Positions 9,656-22,643 of a DNA stretch of 64,000 nucleotides are shown here, in pieces. The position numbers and the translations under genes are program-made. The stretch is from the NCBI GenBank assembly GCA_000092065.1, contig CP000581.1. One strand, given 5' to 3'. Each line of letters begins with the position of its first letter. Within the stretch, counting starts at the first letter, position 1. The DNA is from Ostreococcus lucimarinus (taxonomy: Eukaryota). A model generated the notes under the pieces. It did not search any database and had not been told where the DNA came from. It saw only the letters and a list, made by a program, of their open reading frames with translations.

Positions 9656-11042
9656 TCATCCGACGAACCCGAAGTATTCTGGATCGTTTTGTATGAGTTT
9701 CGTGCGATTATTCAATCGATGTGTGTCGTCGTCGCTCTCGCACTCGTCATCTTTGCGAGCGTCGCGTAAGGCTTCTTCCACGACGGCGGATGTCGGCACT
9801 GGGCGCGGAGCGAGCGCCTTCATCGCTTCCTCCAAAGTGGCGTATTGCGGGAGTGGACGGATCCCGAGGAGTTCTGGCGTTCGTGCTTGTTTGTTCTTCA
9901 CCAACATATCGTCGTCAGCTCGCATGAGGGCGTACATGATCATGTCTCGCGTATCTGCCATCGCGTCTTCGACGACGAAACGCGAGGCGCCGGCGACGAC
10001 GTACGCGCGCGACGATTTGGCGTTCATCGAAGCCGCTTTGACGATGAGCTCGGCGTCGCGCGCGTCGATGCGCGAGGAGTGTTCACCGTATACAACTGCG
10101 AAATGGCACGACACAGTTTCGATCGATCTCCACACTGAGTCTTCGTCGTACTCGCAATAAAACTCAGGATCCATTCGCCAGCGCCATAGCGCCTCTGCGC
10201 CATCGTCGCGTCGCGAACCGCGCGTGATCGTGCAAAGCGCGCGCAAGCACACGTGTTTCAAGTTACGCCGCTCCGGGTCCACGTCACTTGTGGTGATAGA
10301 CGGCGATAACAATGCGTGTACCGCACCTACCGCGTCCTCAAACGCCGCTGCTTGCAATGGGTGGAATGCAAACGCGTCGATCGGAGCCAGCGGCGAACAT
10401 TCCACCAGCACCGTCGACGCGACCAGCCTCGGGTTCTTGTTTTCCACCATCGTCGCGACGATGCCACCCATACCGATTCCGACGATCGTCAACGGTCGAA
10501 CGTATAAATCGAGCTCGATGATGAAAGACTCGATGTCGTCGGCTAAATCGCTCGGCGAGTATCGCTTTTCGCGCGACCACGTCGTCTCGCCGTGTCCACG
10601 CAAATCGATCGTGTACGCCCGATACCCGCGCTCACTCAAAGACTTTGCGATACCACAATACACGTCTCCACACTCCCCGACGTCGTGCAAAACGAGCACG
10701 ACGCGATCATCGCCGCCGTACTCGCGATACCGCATCCGCATCCCAGTCCCGACGTCCGCGAACCGCGCCTTTGCCCCCGAACCCAACTCGCGCTCGTGCG
10801 CCTCCGCCGCCACCATCGCGCGCTCCAAACGCCTTGTGTCAGCGTGCGGCGCAGTCAACGCTCGCACGATCACCGCGCTCGTCGCCATCGCCGTCAACGC
10901 GCTCGTCGGCGCCTTCAGTCCGAATAACGCTTCGCACTCCGCCCTTCGTCGTTCAGTTCGCGCGCGTCGGTGCGACGGCGTCGGCTCCCACGTCTCGAGC
11001 GGGATCGCGTCGAGCGCGGCATCGATGTCGTCGAGATCCATC
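9656..11042 (-). CDS. alpha/beta-hydrolase fold protein
   Basis: VVLVLHDVGECG, the nucleophile-elbow GIGMGG and a long C-terminal region. Start taken at internal ATG (MDLDDIDAALDAIP). Confidence 0.5.
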
Positions 11043-11182
11043 GCCGTTCGCCTCTCGCGCCGCGTCCGCGCGCGCGTCGTCGAGTGCGCCCGAGCGCGCG
11101 CGCGACTCGAGCGTTTATTAAAGTAACGCCTTTCGCGCGCGTCGAGCGAGTCAACGCCTGGCGCGCCAGTTTTAGTCGCGCG

Positions 11183-13219
11183 ATGTCGCGTCACGCGCGC
11201 AAGCGCGCGGCGAAACCGCCCGGGTCGAGCGCGAGCGCGAGCGTCGACGACGCGGGGAGCGCGCGACGGGTGTTCGACGACGACGGGCGCGAGGTGACGC
11301 CGCGACCGCTCGGCGGAAGATCAATCGGCGCGGAAGCGACGACGACGCGGGAACGCGCGGACGCGCGCGCGCCGAGACCGTCGCTCACGGCGTCGGTGAG
11401 CGCGTTCGAGACGGTTTTGAGCGAGACGAGCGAGACGACGAGCGCGGAGTGCGCGATAGGGCAAGATGCGCTCGCGCGTCGCGATCGAGGACGAGGAAGT
11501 CGAGGCGAACGCGAACGCGCGTCGACGATTGAGATTGTTCGCGCGGATGGATCTGAAAGCGAATCGTCGAGCGATGACGACGGCGATGCGCGCGCAAGAG
11601 ATTTGGCGTACTTGGCGAGGGTTGAAGATCGACGCGCGGCGCGCGTACGAGTGAACGACGCGAGCGCGCAAACGTTGGGCGCGCTGCGCTTCGACGCGCA
11701 CGCGTTGACCGAAAGAATCGAGCGGGAGGTGCGCGTGGTGCAAGCGGATGAGTTCGATTGTGATCGCGATGACGATGATAGTGTTAATGGCGCGTCGTCG
11801 TCGCGAGCGCCGGAGATTCGCGTGAACGTTTTACGCGCGATGGAATCCGCGCTGCGAGAACGCGAGCGATTGGAGTATTGCTTGAAGTATCGCGGTTTAC
11901 GTCCGAGCGACGACGACGCGAGCGCTCTGAGCGCGCTCACGATACTAACGTGCGAGCAAACGCGAGGGATGAACGTGTCGAGCGTGAAGTTAAATCCGGT
12001 ATGGGGAGACCTAGTGTGCGTCGCGTACGGCGAGTTTAGTTTTGCGGGGGCGAATCGGGAAACGCGTGAAAAGGGCGCGCTGGCTTTTTGGTCGATTAGA
12101 TCGGAAGCACCCCTGTGCGTCTTACGACTCGAAAGTGGTGTGATGTCCATAGATTGGTCGCGTCGCGATCCGAACTTACTCGCCGTGGGGTGTTACGACG
12201 GTGAAGTATTCGTTTACGACGTTGGAGAATTTGTGTCGCGCGATGGCTCGGCGACGACGAGCGATTCGACGACGATGACGACGACGACTCGACGTGGTCA
12301 AATCACGTCGAGCGAGCAAAGACACAGCGATCCGGTGTGGGCGGTCACGTGGGTTGCGGTGAAAGCAACCGATGGATTCGAAGACGAAGAGAATGTGGAT
12401 ACGGTAACCGCTCTGGTCTCGGCGTCGACGGATGGCAAAGTTATGCGATGGGATTTGCGCGATGGCTTGTACGGGACGGAGGTGCTCGCCGTGCGGTGGT
12501 CGCCGCCGGGTGTCGAGAACGATGGAGCCGTGAGCTCGAAGGCGAGTGAGACGCGCGGGGGGGATCTTGTTCAGCACAGCGGGGTGATGTGTCTGGACTT
12601 TTCGTCGGATGCAAAGTACTACGTCGTCGGAACGGAGGAAGGGAAAATCCACAAATGTTCCTTGTCGTACTCTGATCAATACTTGGCCTCGTACGCCTCA
12701 CACGTCGGTCCTGTGTACGCGATCAAGTTCAATCCGTTCCACGAACGCGTTTTCGTGACGTGCTCTGCGGATTGGACGGTGCGCGTTTTTCTCGATGATA
12801 CTCAAAGAGACGACGACGCATTTGCGTCCATCGACGAGGCATCATCACGATTGAAAGCATCGAGCCTGATTCAGCCTCGCGTTGTGATCGAGTACAGCCA
12901 ACAGCCCATCAATGCCGTGGACTGGAGCCCATGGTGCGCGACAGAATTCGCACTGGTGACGGACGCCGGGACGATCGAGATTTGGGATTTGGCATCCTCC
13001 TCGGTGGTGCCAAAACATGAACTTTCAATCACAGACGATAAAACAGCCGCGGTGAGCGTGACATACGCGCATGACGCGCCAGTCATTCTCGTCGGTTGCG
13101 CATCAGGATCGACGCACGTGTTGCGCATGAAATGGCGAGACCCTACGGAAGGCATCGCTGCTAAAGAGACTCAACGCGAGCGCCTTGAAGAGGTTTTAGG
13201 CACGTCGATAAAATCGTGA
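11183..13219 (+). CDS. dynein intermediate chain-like WD40 protein (axonemal or IFT dynein IC family)
   Basis: WD repeats, including the IC-family signature HVGPVYAIKFNPFHERVFVTCSADWTVRVF. Start at ATG MSRHARKRAAK, about 140 bp from the divergent hydrolase gene. Confidence 0.5.
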   Translation: MSRHARKRAAKPPGSSASASVDDAGSARRVFDDDGREVTPRPLGGRSIGAEATTTRERADARAPRPSLTASVSAFETVLSETSETTSAECAIGQDALARRDRGRGSRGERERASTIEIVRADGSESESSSDDDGDARARDLAYLARVEDRRAARVRVNDASAQTLGALRFDAHALTERIEREVRVVQADEFDCDRDDDDSVNGASSSRAPEIRVNVLRAMESALRERERLEYCLKYRGLRPSDDDASALSALTILTCEQTRGMNVSSVKLNPVWGDLVCVAYGEFSFAGANRETREKGALAFWSIRSEAPLCVLRLESGVMSIDWSRRDPNLLAVGCYDGEVFVYDVGEFVSRDGSATTSDSTTMTTTTRRGQITSSEQRHSDPVWAVTWVAVKATDGFEDEENVDTVTALVSASTDGKVMRWDLRDGLYGTEVLAVRWSPPGVENDGAVSSKASETRGGDLVQHSGVMCLDFSSDAKYYVVGTEEGKIHKCSLSYSDQYLASYASHVGPVYAIKFNPFHERVFVTCSADWTVRVFLDDTQRDDDAFASIDEASSRLKASSLIQPRVVIEYSQQPINAVDWSPWCATEFALVTDAGTIEIWDLASSSVVPKHELSITDDKTAAVSVTYAHDAPVILVGCASGSTHVLRMKWRDPTEGIAAKETQRERLEEVLGTSIKS

Positions 13220-13300
13220 TGAAATAAGACACATAAGGCAACATTACAGCGCAGTTCTATAAGAGAACCAGGTTAAACTACTCTAAAGTAAAAACGAAGA

Positions 13301-13999
13301 CTATTCTCCGGAAACCGGAGACGTCTCCGCGGGTCGGGTTTCGATGACTTCATCAATGAGTCCAAACTCCTTAGCGTCTTCAGGAGTCATGAACGTATCA
13401 CGCTCCAGAGTCACGCCGATCGAGTCGAAATTTTGCTTGGTATGTTTCATGTAAATCTGAACGAGCTTCTGGCGAACGTTCAATATCTCTTGCGCGTGAA
13501 TGGCGATATCGCTCGCCTGCCCCGAGGCCCCTCCGCTCGGTTGATGCAACATCACGCGCGAATGCGGTAAACTTCTCCTTTGACCCGGTTCGCCCGCCGC
13601 GAGCAACAGCGACCCCATACTACTCGCCTGTCCCACGCACAGCGTGTGTATGGGCGGCGACACGTACTGCATGGTGTCATAAATCCCCAATCCAGCCGTC
13701 ACGCTTCCTCCCGGGGAGTTGATGTACATCCAAATCGGCTGCGTCGGGCTCACGCTCTCGAGAAACAGCAGCTGCGCCACCGTGAGCGAGGACACGTTGT
13801 CGTCGATCGGTCCGTTCACGAAAACGATGCGCTCTTTGAGCAGGCGCGAGTAGATGTCGAACACGCGCTCGCCACGGTTCGTTTGCTCGAGCACCATCGG
13901 CACGAGGGCGTACGTTCGCGGGTGCGCGATGCGCGATGGGTGCGAAGACGTGCGCGATATGAGCGCGCGAGAAGCACCACGAAGCGCGTTTCGAAACAT
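13301..13999 (-). CDS. clpP: ATP-dependent Clp protease proteolytic subunit (nuclear-encoded, organellar presequence)
   Basis: [67 protein letters not shown] and the catalytic region [32 protein letters not shown]. Confidence 0.85.
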   Translation of the reverse strand: MFRNALRGASRALISRTSSHPSRIAHPRTYALVPMVLEQTNRGERVFDIYSRLLKERIVFVNGPIDDNVSSLTVAQLLFLESVSPTQPIWMYINSPGGSVTAGLGIYDTMQYVSPPIHTLCVGQASSMGSLLLAAGEPGQRRSLPHSRVMLHQPSGGASGQASDIAIHAQEILNVRQKLVQIYMKHTKQNFDSIGVTLERDTFMTPEDAKEFGLIDEVIETRPAETSPVSGE

Positions 14000-14128
14000 C
14001 GTGGCTTCTGAGCGCGCGCGCGACGGAGGTGAGCGCGCGGGTGTACGGATTGATTAATTGGCTCGCATAACTGTTTTGAACTGCCGCGCGGCGAAATATC
14101 TCAACACATTAAATTAAAATACTACGGG

Positions 14129-15583
14129 CTAGTCGAGTTGAATGGCGGCGATGCGCTGAACGATGTCGTCGAATAATAAACGACTGCCGCGCTCGCCGAG
14201 CAGCCCGGCGGCGAGCGCGGCGAGCGCGGCGATGGGATGGACGCCGTCGACGCCGTCGTGCCTCGCGCACACCTCCTCCAACACGGCGCCGAACGCTCGC
14301 GCTTCGTTGAGTTCTATCGTTCGTGCGTTCGATGAATCTCTTTCGTAGAACCAGGCGGCGCCGAAATCGCCGAGTTTTGCGCGTGGTTCGATGCCTGGAG
14401 ATTCTTTGACGTGCAAAATGTTGTGCGCGTAGACGTCGCCGTGGACGACGCCCATCGCGTGCAACTCTCGAAGCGCCGAACCAACGTCTCGCGCGACAGC
14501 CATGATTTCTTTCGCCGTGAATCGAACATCGTCATCGTACGTATCTCTCGCCACTGTATCAAAGCTCGGAGGTTTCCCGAGGTCCTTCCACGAAGCGTGG
14601 TCAAGATATTGCATCACCAAGCCTCGCGAATCGCCGCGTTGAAATCGCGCGATTGTCTTGATCGTACCCTCGCTCTTAATCGTCGCCGCGAGCACCGATG
14701 CCGTCATCTCATCTTCCGGGCGCCCGTCGCTTGTCTTTGCGGCGTTGTTGTACACCTTCACCGCCACGGTCTCGCCGTTCCATCGTCCCGCATACACGGC
14801 GCCCGACGCGCCTTTACCGAGCGGCTCGGCGTCCTCGGCCACGCCGAGCTCGGACCAATCCACCGTCACCACGTCTGCAGAATTTGCACGTGTCTTTGCT
14901 TTATCTCCGATCGTATCCGTCGCGGGATTCGCGGCGGCGGCGAACCAACTCAGTCGAGGCGACTCCAATATCCAACTCGGAAACGTTTCAAAGCGATTGT
15001 CCGCCAGTCTGAGTAACTCTAAATTCTTCAACTCCCGCATGCTCTCCGGCAACGCGCGCAACTTGTTCCCCGCTAACATCAACTTTCGCATCGGCGCGCA
15101 CCGTCCGAGCGACGCCGGCAACCGTTCGATTTGATTATCACTCAAAATCAACCACCCAAGACTCGGCGCCAGCGCGTCCTCGCTCACTTCTCGCACCGCG
15201 CACGCTTTGAACGAAACCATAAACAACTCTGGCAACCGTCCCAGCACCTCGGGCACGCGCTCGAACGCGTTCCCCAGAAAGAACGCCCGCTTCAATTTGC
15301 GACAATTCTCGATGCTCTCCGGCAACGTTCGCAGCGCGTTCCCGCCCGCGTTGAGAAACTCCAGGCGCGTCAGTCGCCCGACGGCGTCCGGCAGTTCGGT
15401 GAGCCCGCAGTTAGACACGTCCAGCTCCGTCGCGTCGTCCAGCGCGCCCGCGCGCAAGTCTTCGAGCACGCGCTCGCACTTCGTCGCCGCGTCGCCGCTC
15501 GCGCGCGCGTACGACACGACGCGCTTCGGCGCGACGACATCGATATCCACTCCGCCATCCTTCGTCGACGTTCCGGCGCCCAT
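14129..15583 (-). CDS. leucine-rich-repeat serine/threonine protein kinase, N-myristoylation-type start MGAGTS
   Basis: LRRs (LTELPDAVGRLTRLEFLNAGGNALRTLP...) followed by a kinase domain: GKGASGAVYAGRW, VAVKVY, HGDVYAHNIL, LGDFG. The listed ORF continues about 230 codons upstream with no stop. That extension is Arg/Ala-rich and overlaps the MinC-like gene, so the MGAGTS ATG is preferred. Confidence 0.55.
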   Translation of the reverse strand: MGAGTSTKDGGVDIDVVAPKRVVSYARASGDAATKCERVLEDLRAGALDDATELDVSNCGLTELPDAVGRLTRLEFLNAGGNALRTLPESIENCRKLKRAFFLGNAFERVPEVLGRLPELFMVSFKACAVREVSEDALAPSLGWLILSDNQIERLPASLGRCAPMRKLMLAGNKLRALPESMRELKNLELLRLADNRFETFPSWILESPRLSWFAAAANPATDTIGDKAKTRANSADVVTVDWSELGVAEDAEPLGKGASGAVYAGRWNGETVAVKVYNNAAKTSDGRPEDEMTASVLAATIKSEGTIKTIARFQRGDSRGLVMQYLDHASWKDLGKPPSFDTVARDTYDDDVRFTAKEIMAVARDVGSALRELHAMGVVHGDVYAHNILHVKESPGIEPRAKLGDFGAAWFYERDSSNARTIELNEARAFGAVLEEVCARHDGVDGVHPIAALAALAAGLLGERGSRLLFDDIVQRIAAIQLD

Positions 15584-15725
15584 CGCGCGCGGTGCGCGCG
15601 CGCGGCGCGCGACGAACGCGACGCACAGAGCCGCGAGCGCGAGCGCGAGCGATCGTCGCGCGCGCGGCGGCGCGCGGCGCGACGACACCGCGCGCGACGT
15701 GACGCCGAGCGCCACTGTGTGACGG

Positions 15726-16544
15726 ATGCGCGCGGCGGCGGCCCGCGTCGCCTCCGGGACGCGCGCGCGCGCGTCGCCGCGGTGTCGCGCGCGGGCGGCC
15801 TCGACGCCGCCGCGCGCGCCCGCGCTCGTGATTTCGCGCACGGTGCGCGCTGGAGAGCGCGTCGAACACGACGGCGATGTGTTGGTGTGCGGGGACGTCG
15901 AGCGGGACGGTGCGGTGCGCGCGACGCGCGGCGACGTCACCGTCTGGGGCTCGCTCTTGGGTGAAGTCGAGGCTTGCGAACCAGACGCGTGCGTGCGGGC
16001 GATCGACATGCGGCCGGCGGCGCTGCGCGTCGGCGGCGCGCGGTGGCGGTTGTCGACGGCGAAGGACGCGACTGGACGGCCGGCGGTCGCGCGCGCGGCG
16101 GCGGACGGCGTGGATGTGGTCGTATGCGATGAAAACGTCGGAGGAGATTGCTCGACGTCGACGAGCGTGCGGCGATCGAGTCTGTTGACGGGCGCGTACA
16201 TCGGCGCCGTCGGTTTGGCGTTGCTCGTCGCGCCCGCGGCGACGTTTTCCATCCTGTTTAACGCCGCAGACATCACGAGCGCGTGGATTCGCGTGTTTGG
16301 AGTGCTTTGCGTGACGTTTGGGGCGTATTACGTCGGCACGCCGCTGTACGAACTTCGAGGTTTCGGCGCCGAATCGTTTTACCGCAGCACCGTTCTCGGT
16401 CGAGCCTTTGTCTTCGCCTCGCTCTGCGTCTTGGCCGCGTTCGAGCGGCGCGCCAGGGTCGGTTTAATCGCACTCGGCGTCATAAACGCTTTGAGTGCGT
16501 CTGTCATGCATCGCGCGCTCGAGCGTGGGCGGGATCGCGAGTGA
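15726..16544 (+). CDS. MinC C-terminal-domain (beta-helix) protein fused to a C-terminal polytopic membrane domain, with a transit-peptide-like N-terminus
   Basis: RTVRAGERVEHDGDVLVCGDVERDGAVRATRGDVTVWGSLLGEVEACEPDACVRAIDMRPAALRV aligns position-by-position with the MinC_C consensus (RSGQ..EAEGDLVVLGDVNPGAEVVAGGNI.VMGSLRG.AHAG...I.ALDF.PTQLRI). It is followed by 3-4 predicted TM helices. ATG start. Confidence 0.45.
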   Translation: MRAAAARVASGTRARASPRCRARAASTPPRAPALVISRTVRAGERVEHDGDVLVCGDVERDGAVRATRGDVTVWGSLLGEVEACEPDACVRAIDMRPAALRVGGARWRLSTAKDATGRPAVARAAADGVDVVVCDENVGGDCSTSTSVRRSSLLTGAYIGAVGLALLVAPAATFSILFNAADITSAWIRVFGVLCVTFGAYYVGTPLYELRGFGAESFYRSTVLGRAFVFASLCVLAAFERRARVGLIALGVINALSASVMHRALERGRDRE

Positions 16545-16695
16545 ATAGGCGCGCGCGCGCCCGCTCTCGCGTACACCGCCCTGTTTTTGCCAATCAAAAT
16601 CGAAAACGCCCCAGGGGGACGACGTTCGAACAAACAATCCGCACACTCGACCTCGCGACGCCGCGCGAGCGCCGAACGCGCGCCTCTCGTCGTAG

Positions 16696-18468
<1,773 letters not shown>

Positions 18469-18665
18469 ATAAGGCGATCAAATGAGGCGGTTTTCTCTCG
18501 CGCGTCTCGGCGGCGCGTCTCTCGACGCGACCAACCAACCGACGGCGCGCGTTTCGTCTCGCCGCCTCTGCCTCGCGTTTCGGCGCATTCTAGACACCCA
18601 CGGTTAGCGTAGGACACAATCGATGCCTTTTCGAGCAACATATGTAAACGACAAACGATGATTAA

Positions 18666-19643
<978 letters not shown>

Positions 19644-19758
19644 ACGCATTGTTTTATCTCTGGAATACCACACAACCATTCATTAAAGATGCCCTCGTCC
19701 TCGTCGCGCGCGTATTTTTCTCGTTGAAGACTTGAATATTGTTTACAAAAACTCGACG

Positions 19759-20883
19759 TTAGTCGACGACTTTTACGCGCGGACCTTTTGCCCAAGGATT
19801 ACTCCTCTTGTAGTACCCGCCCACATACACGATTTCCGGTTTCGGCGGGGGCGGCTCTTCGATCTGTTGCTGTTGCGCCTGAGGCGCTTCGAGCAAGCGA
19901 CGACGTTCGGTGTCTTCGCGTTCTTCGGATTTCGGCGGCGCGACTTCTACTTGGACGACGGGTTCAGGCTCCAGTTCGGCGATTCGTTCGGGCTCTGGTT
20001 CTGATTCCACGACCGGTTCGATCGCACGCGGCTCGGGCGACGGTTCCGGTTCTGGTTCGCGAACGTCAGGCACCGGTGGGAGTTCGTCGACGGCTTCGGC
20101 GATGTCGATCGCTTCGTCTCGCGCTTCCTCCTCGACTTCGACTTTGCGCGCGTCCTTCTTCCCACCGAAGCGTGAAAATAAACCTCCGATGAAACCTTCA
20201 TTGCTATCGTCCGCGTCTTCGTCGGCGTCTTCGACGAGTTCCATCGCACCTTCGACGTCGGCGGCGGTCTCGTCCGTCGGCTCGGCCTCCGTCGGCTCCG
20301 CCGTGGACGCCGCCGTGGGCGCCGCCGCGGCCCAGTCCTCGACGGACGCGTCTTCGTCCGCGGTCTCGACGACTTCAACCGCCGCCGCGGGCGTTTCCTC
20401 TTCCTCGACCGTTTCGACCGTTTCGATCGTTTCGACCCAATCCACCGCCGAGGCTTCGACGTCGTTCGAATCGTCCGCCGCCGCCGCCGCCGCCGCCTCG
20501 GGCGCGTCTTCACTCGCGTCCGCGTCCTCGACCTCCGTCGCGCCGTCGCTCTCGACCGCGGCGCCTTCCCTTCCCTCGTCCTCGTCCTCGAGCGCGTCCG
20601 CCGCCGCCGCCGCCGCCGCGAGCTCCCGCATCACCGCCGCCGCGTCGTCCTCGAACGCGTCGCGCGCGTCGTCGTCCTCGTCCTCGAGCGTCGTCGCCGC
20701 GTCGTGCGTCGCGCCTTCGAATTCAAAATCGCCCCGCGGCTCGTCGACGACGTCGTCCTCCACCGCGTCCAACCACGCGTCGTCGAACGCGCGCGCGCGC
20801 GCGACGCGCGACGCGAGGCACGCGCACGCGCACGCGAGCGCGAGCGCGAGCGCGCGTCGACCGCGCGACCGCGCGCGCGACAT
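19759..20883 (-). CDS. hypothetical secreted highly acidic (Asp/Glu/Ala/Pro-rich) protein
   Basis: Start at internal ATG giving MSRARSRGRRALALALACACACLASRVARA (signal-peptide-like). Then long acidic low-complexity sequence with PEPEP repeats and a basic C-terminus. The upstream half of the listed 694-aa ORF is antisense to the next gene. Confidence 0.3.
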   Translation of the reverse strand: MSRARSRGRRALALALACACACLASRVARARAFDDAWLDAVEDDVVDEPRGDFEFEGATHDAATTLEDEDDDARDAFEDDAAAVMRELAAAAAAADALEDEDEGREGAAVESDGATEVEDADASEDAPEAAAAAAADDSNDVEASAVDWVETIETVETVEEEETPAAAVEVVETADEDASVEDWAAAAPTAASTAEPTEAEPTDETAADVEGAMELVEDADEDADDSNEGFIGGLFSRFGGKKDARKVEVEEEARDEAIDIAEAVDELPPVPDVREPEPEPSPEPRAIEPVVESEPEPERIAELEPEPVVQVEVAPPKSEEREDTERRRLLEAPQAQQQQIEEPPPPKPEIVYVGGYYKRSNPWAKGPRVKVVD

Positions 20884-20934
20884 CGTCCGGCCGTCGCGAT
20901 GTGCGACCGCGACCGCACGCACGCGCGCGCGCGA

Positions 20935-22537
20935 CATGTCGCGCGCGAGCGCGTCCGAGAGCCTGCGCGCGCTCGCGCGCGATTGTCTCGTCGTTCCCGG
21001 GACGCCCAGGTGCGACGGCGCGCGACGGCGCGCGATGATGGATTCGCGCGCGGGCGCGCTCGGTCGACTGACGACGACGACGCGACGCAGCGAAGACGCG
21101 GCGACGGCCATCCTGCGCGCGCACCCGTGGCGGGACATTTTCGAAGCGCTCGAGCGCGCGTCGACGACGGACGGCGGCGAGGAGGACGCGGCGGCGGCGC
21201 GAGCGCTCGCGAGGAAGCTCGGCGAGACGCGCGCGGGCGTCGACGCGCTCGCGCGAGCGTTCGACGAAAACGACGCGACGTTCGCGATGCGATTCGAGAG
21301 AGGGTTCGAGGACGCGGAGACGGTGGAGACGGCGTGCGCGCTGGTGCGAGGGGTGTACGAACGGGCGACGATGGAGGAGGGGGCGCGCGCGGCGGCGGCG
21401 GCGACGCGCGCGGCGACGACGCGGCGGTGCGGAGAAAAGGATACGGGAACGGCGATCGCGGCGAGCGGGGCGCTGTTGGCGCTGTGCGCGCGGTTTCCAG
21501 AGATGCTGGAAGATGTTTTAGGGGATGTGCTGGAGGAGACGTCGCGGGAGGGTGGGACGAGCGAGGCGAAGGTGCGCGGTTTGGCGTTCGCCGCGAGCGC
21601 GGCGGCGGCGAACGAGGACGCGGCGAGCGTCGTGGTGAAATCGGGCGCGCTCGACGCGTGCGTGCGTGAGATTGATGGTCCGGATTTATTATCGTCTCTC
21701 GCGTCGCTCGAGATTCTCGCCGAAGTCGCGGAATCGTCCTCCGCGGCTGCGAGAGGGTTGAAGAGCGTGGGGTCGCTGGGCGACGCGCTCGTGCGGGCGA
21801 CGCTGGACGAAACCGCGGACCCGGCGCTCCGCACGCGCGCCATGATCGTCGGTGCGAGAATCGCGGCGACTTGCGCGACGAGCGATGAGGCGCTCGTTCA
21901 GGAGATGGCGCGCGTGCTGACGGCCCAGGAATCGAATTTTCGCGACGCCGTCGTCGACGCCGCCGGCGAGCTGTGCTTGACGAACGCGATCGTCGCGACA
22001 AACTTTGTCAAGACGACGAAGACCGTCGTCTTCACCGCGGCCGACAGCGCGCTGCGAGGACGCGGCGAGTCGCAAGTGGTCGCATTGCACGCGTTGGCGA
22101 ACGTGTTCGGCGCCGAACGAGGCGAACAAGAAATCCTGGACGACGAAGCCGAGTCCATCCTCGCCGACGCGATTTTCGCCGCGTGCGGCTCAAAATCTTT
22201 CGGCGACATCATCTCCACCGCCTTGGCGAACAAGAGCGACCATTTCGTCAACCTTCGCGTCGCCGTCTATCGCCTCCTGTCCACCGCGGGCCATCGCGCG
22301 CGTTTCGCCGAGGAAATCGCCGCGCATCCCTCCGCGCGAGACGCCCTCGCGCTCGACGTCGAGCCCGCCCTCGTCGCCGCGCGCGCGCGTCGCCGCGCGC
22401 TCGCCGCCCTCGCCGACGCCGACATCGCCGACGCTCGCGCGCGCGACCTCTTTCGCGTCGCCGCCACCGCGTCGCCGCGCGCCTCGACCTCGCGTCCGAG
22501 CGCCGTCCCGGACGTCCTCGCGTCCCATCGCCAGTAG
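20935..22537 (+). CDS. hypothetical alpha-helical (ARM/HEAT-like) protein
   Basis: Start taken at ATG MSRASASESL; the listed ORF 5' region is antisense noise. It has alpha-solenoid character and may be PSMD5-like, but no firm family assignment. Confidence 0.3.
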
Positions 22538-22546
22538 CGTCGCCGC

Positions 22547-22580
22547 GTCAAACGTCAAATGTCAAACGTCAAATGTCCAC
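22547..22580. repeat. short tandem repeat (GTCAAAYGTCAAA)n in the intergenic region
   Basis: cgtcaaacgtcaaatgtcaaacgtcaaatgtcc. Confidence 0.6.
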
Positions 22581-22643
22581 ACCGCGCGAATCCCGCGATT
22601 CGCGCGACGCGCCGTCGTCAGCGCGCGACGCCCGCCTCTCGCG

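Noticed and set aside
20631-22001. 456-aa minus-strand Arg/Ser/Pro-rich ORF and several nested ORFs (20704-21669 +, 19947-20513 -)
   Set aside because: Alternative frames of the acidic-protein and ARM-protein genes. They are extreme low-complexity and an artefact of more than 70% GC with few stop codons.
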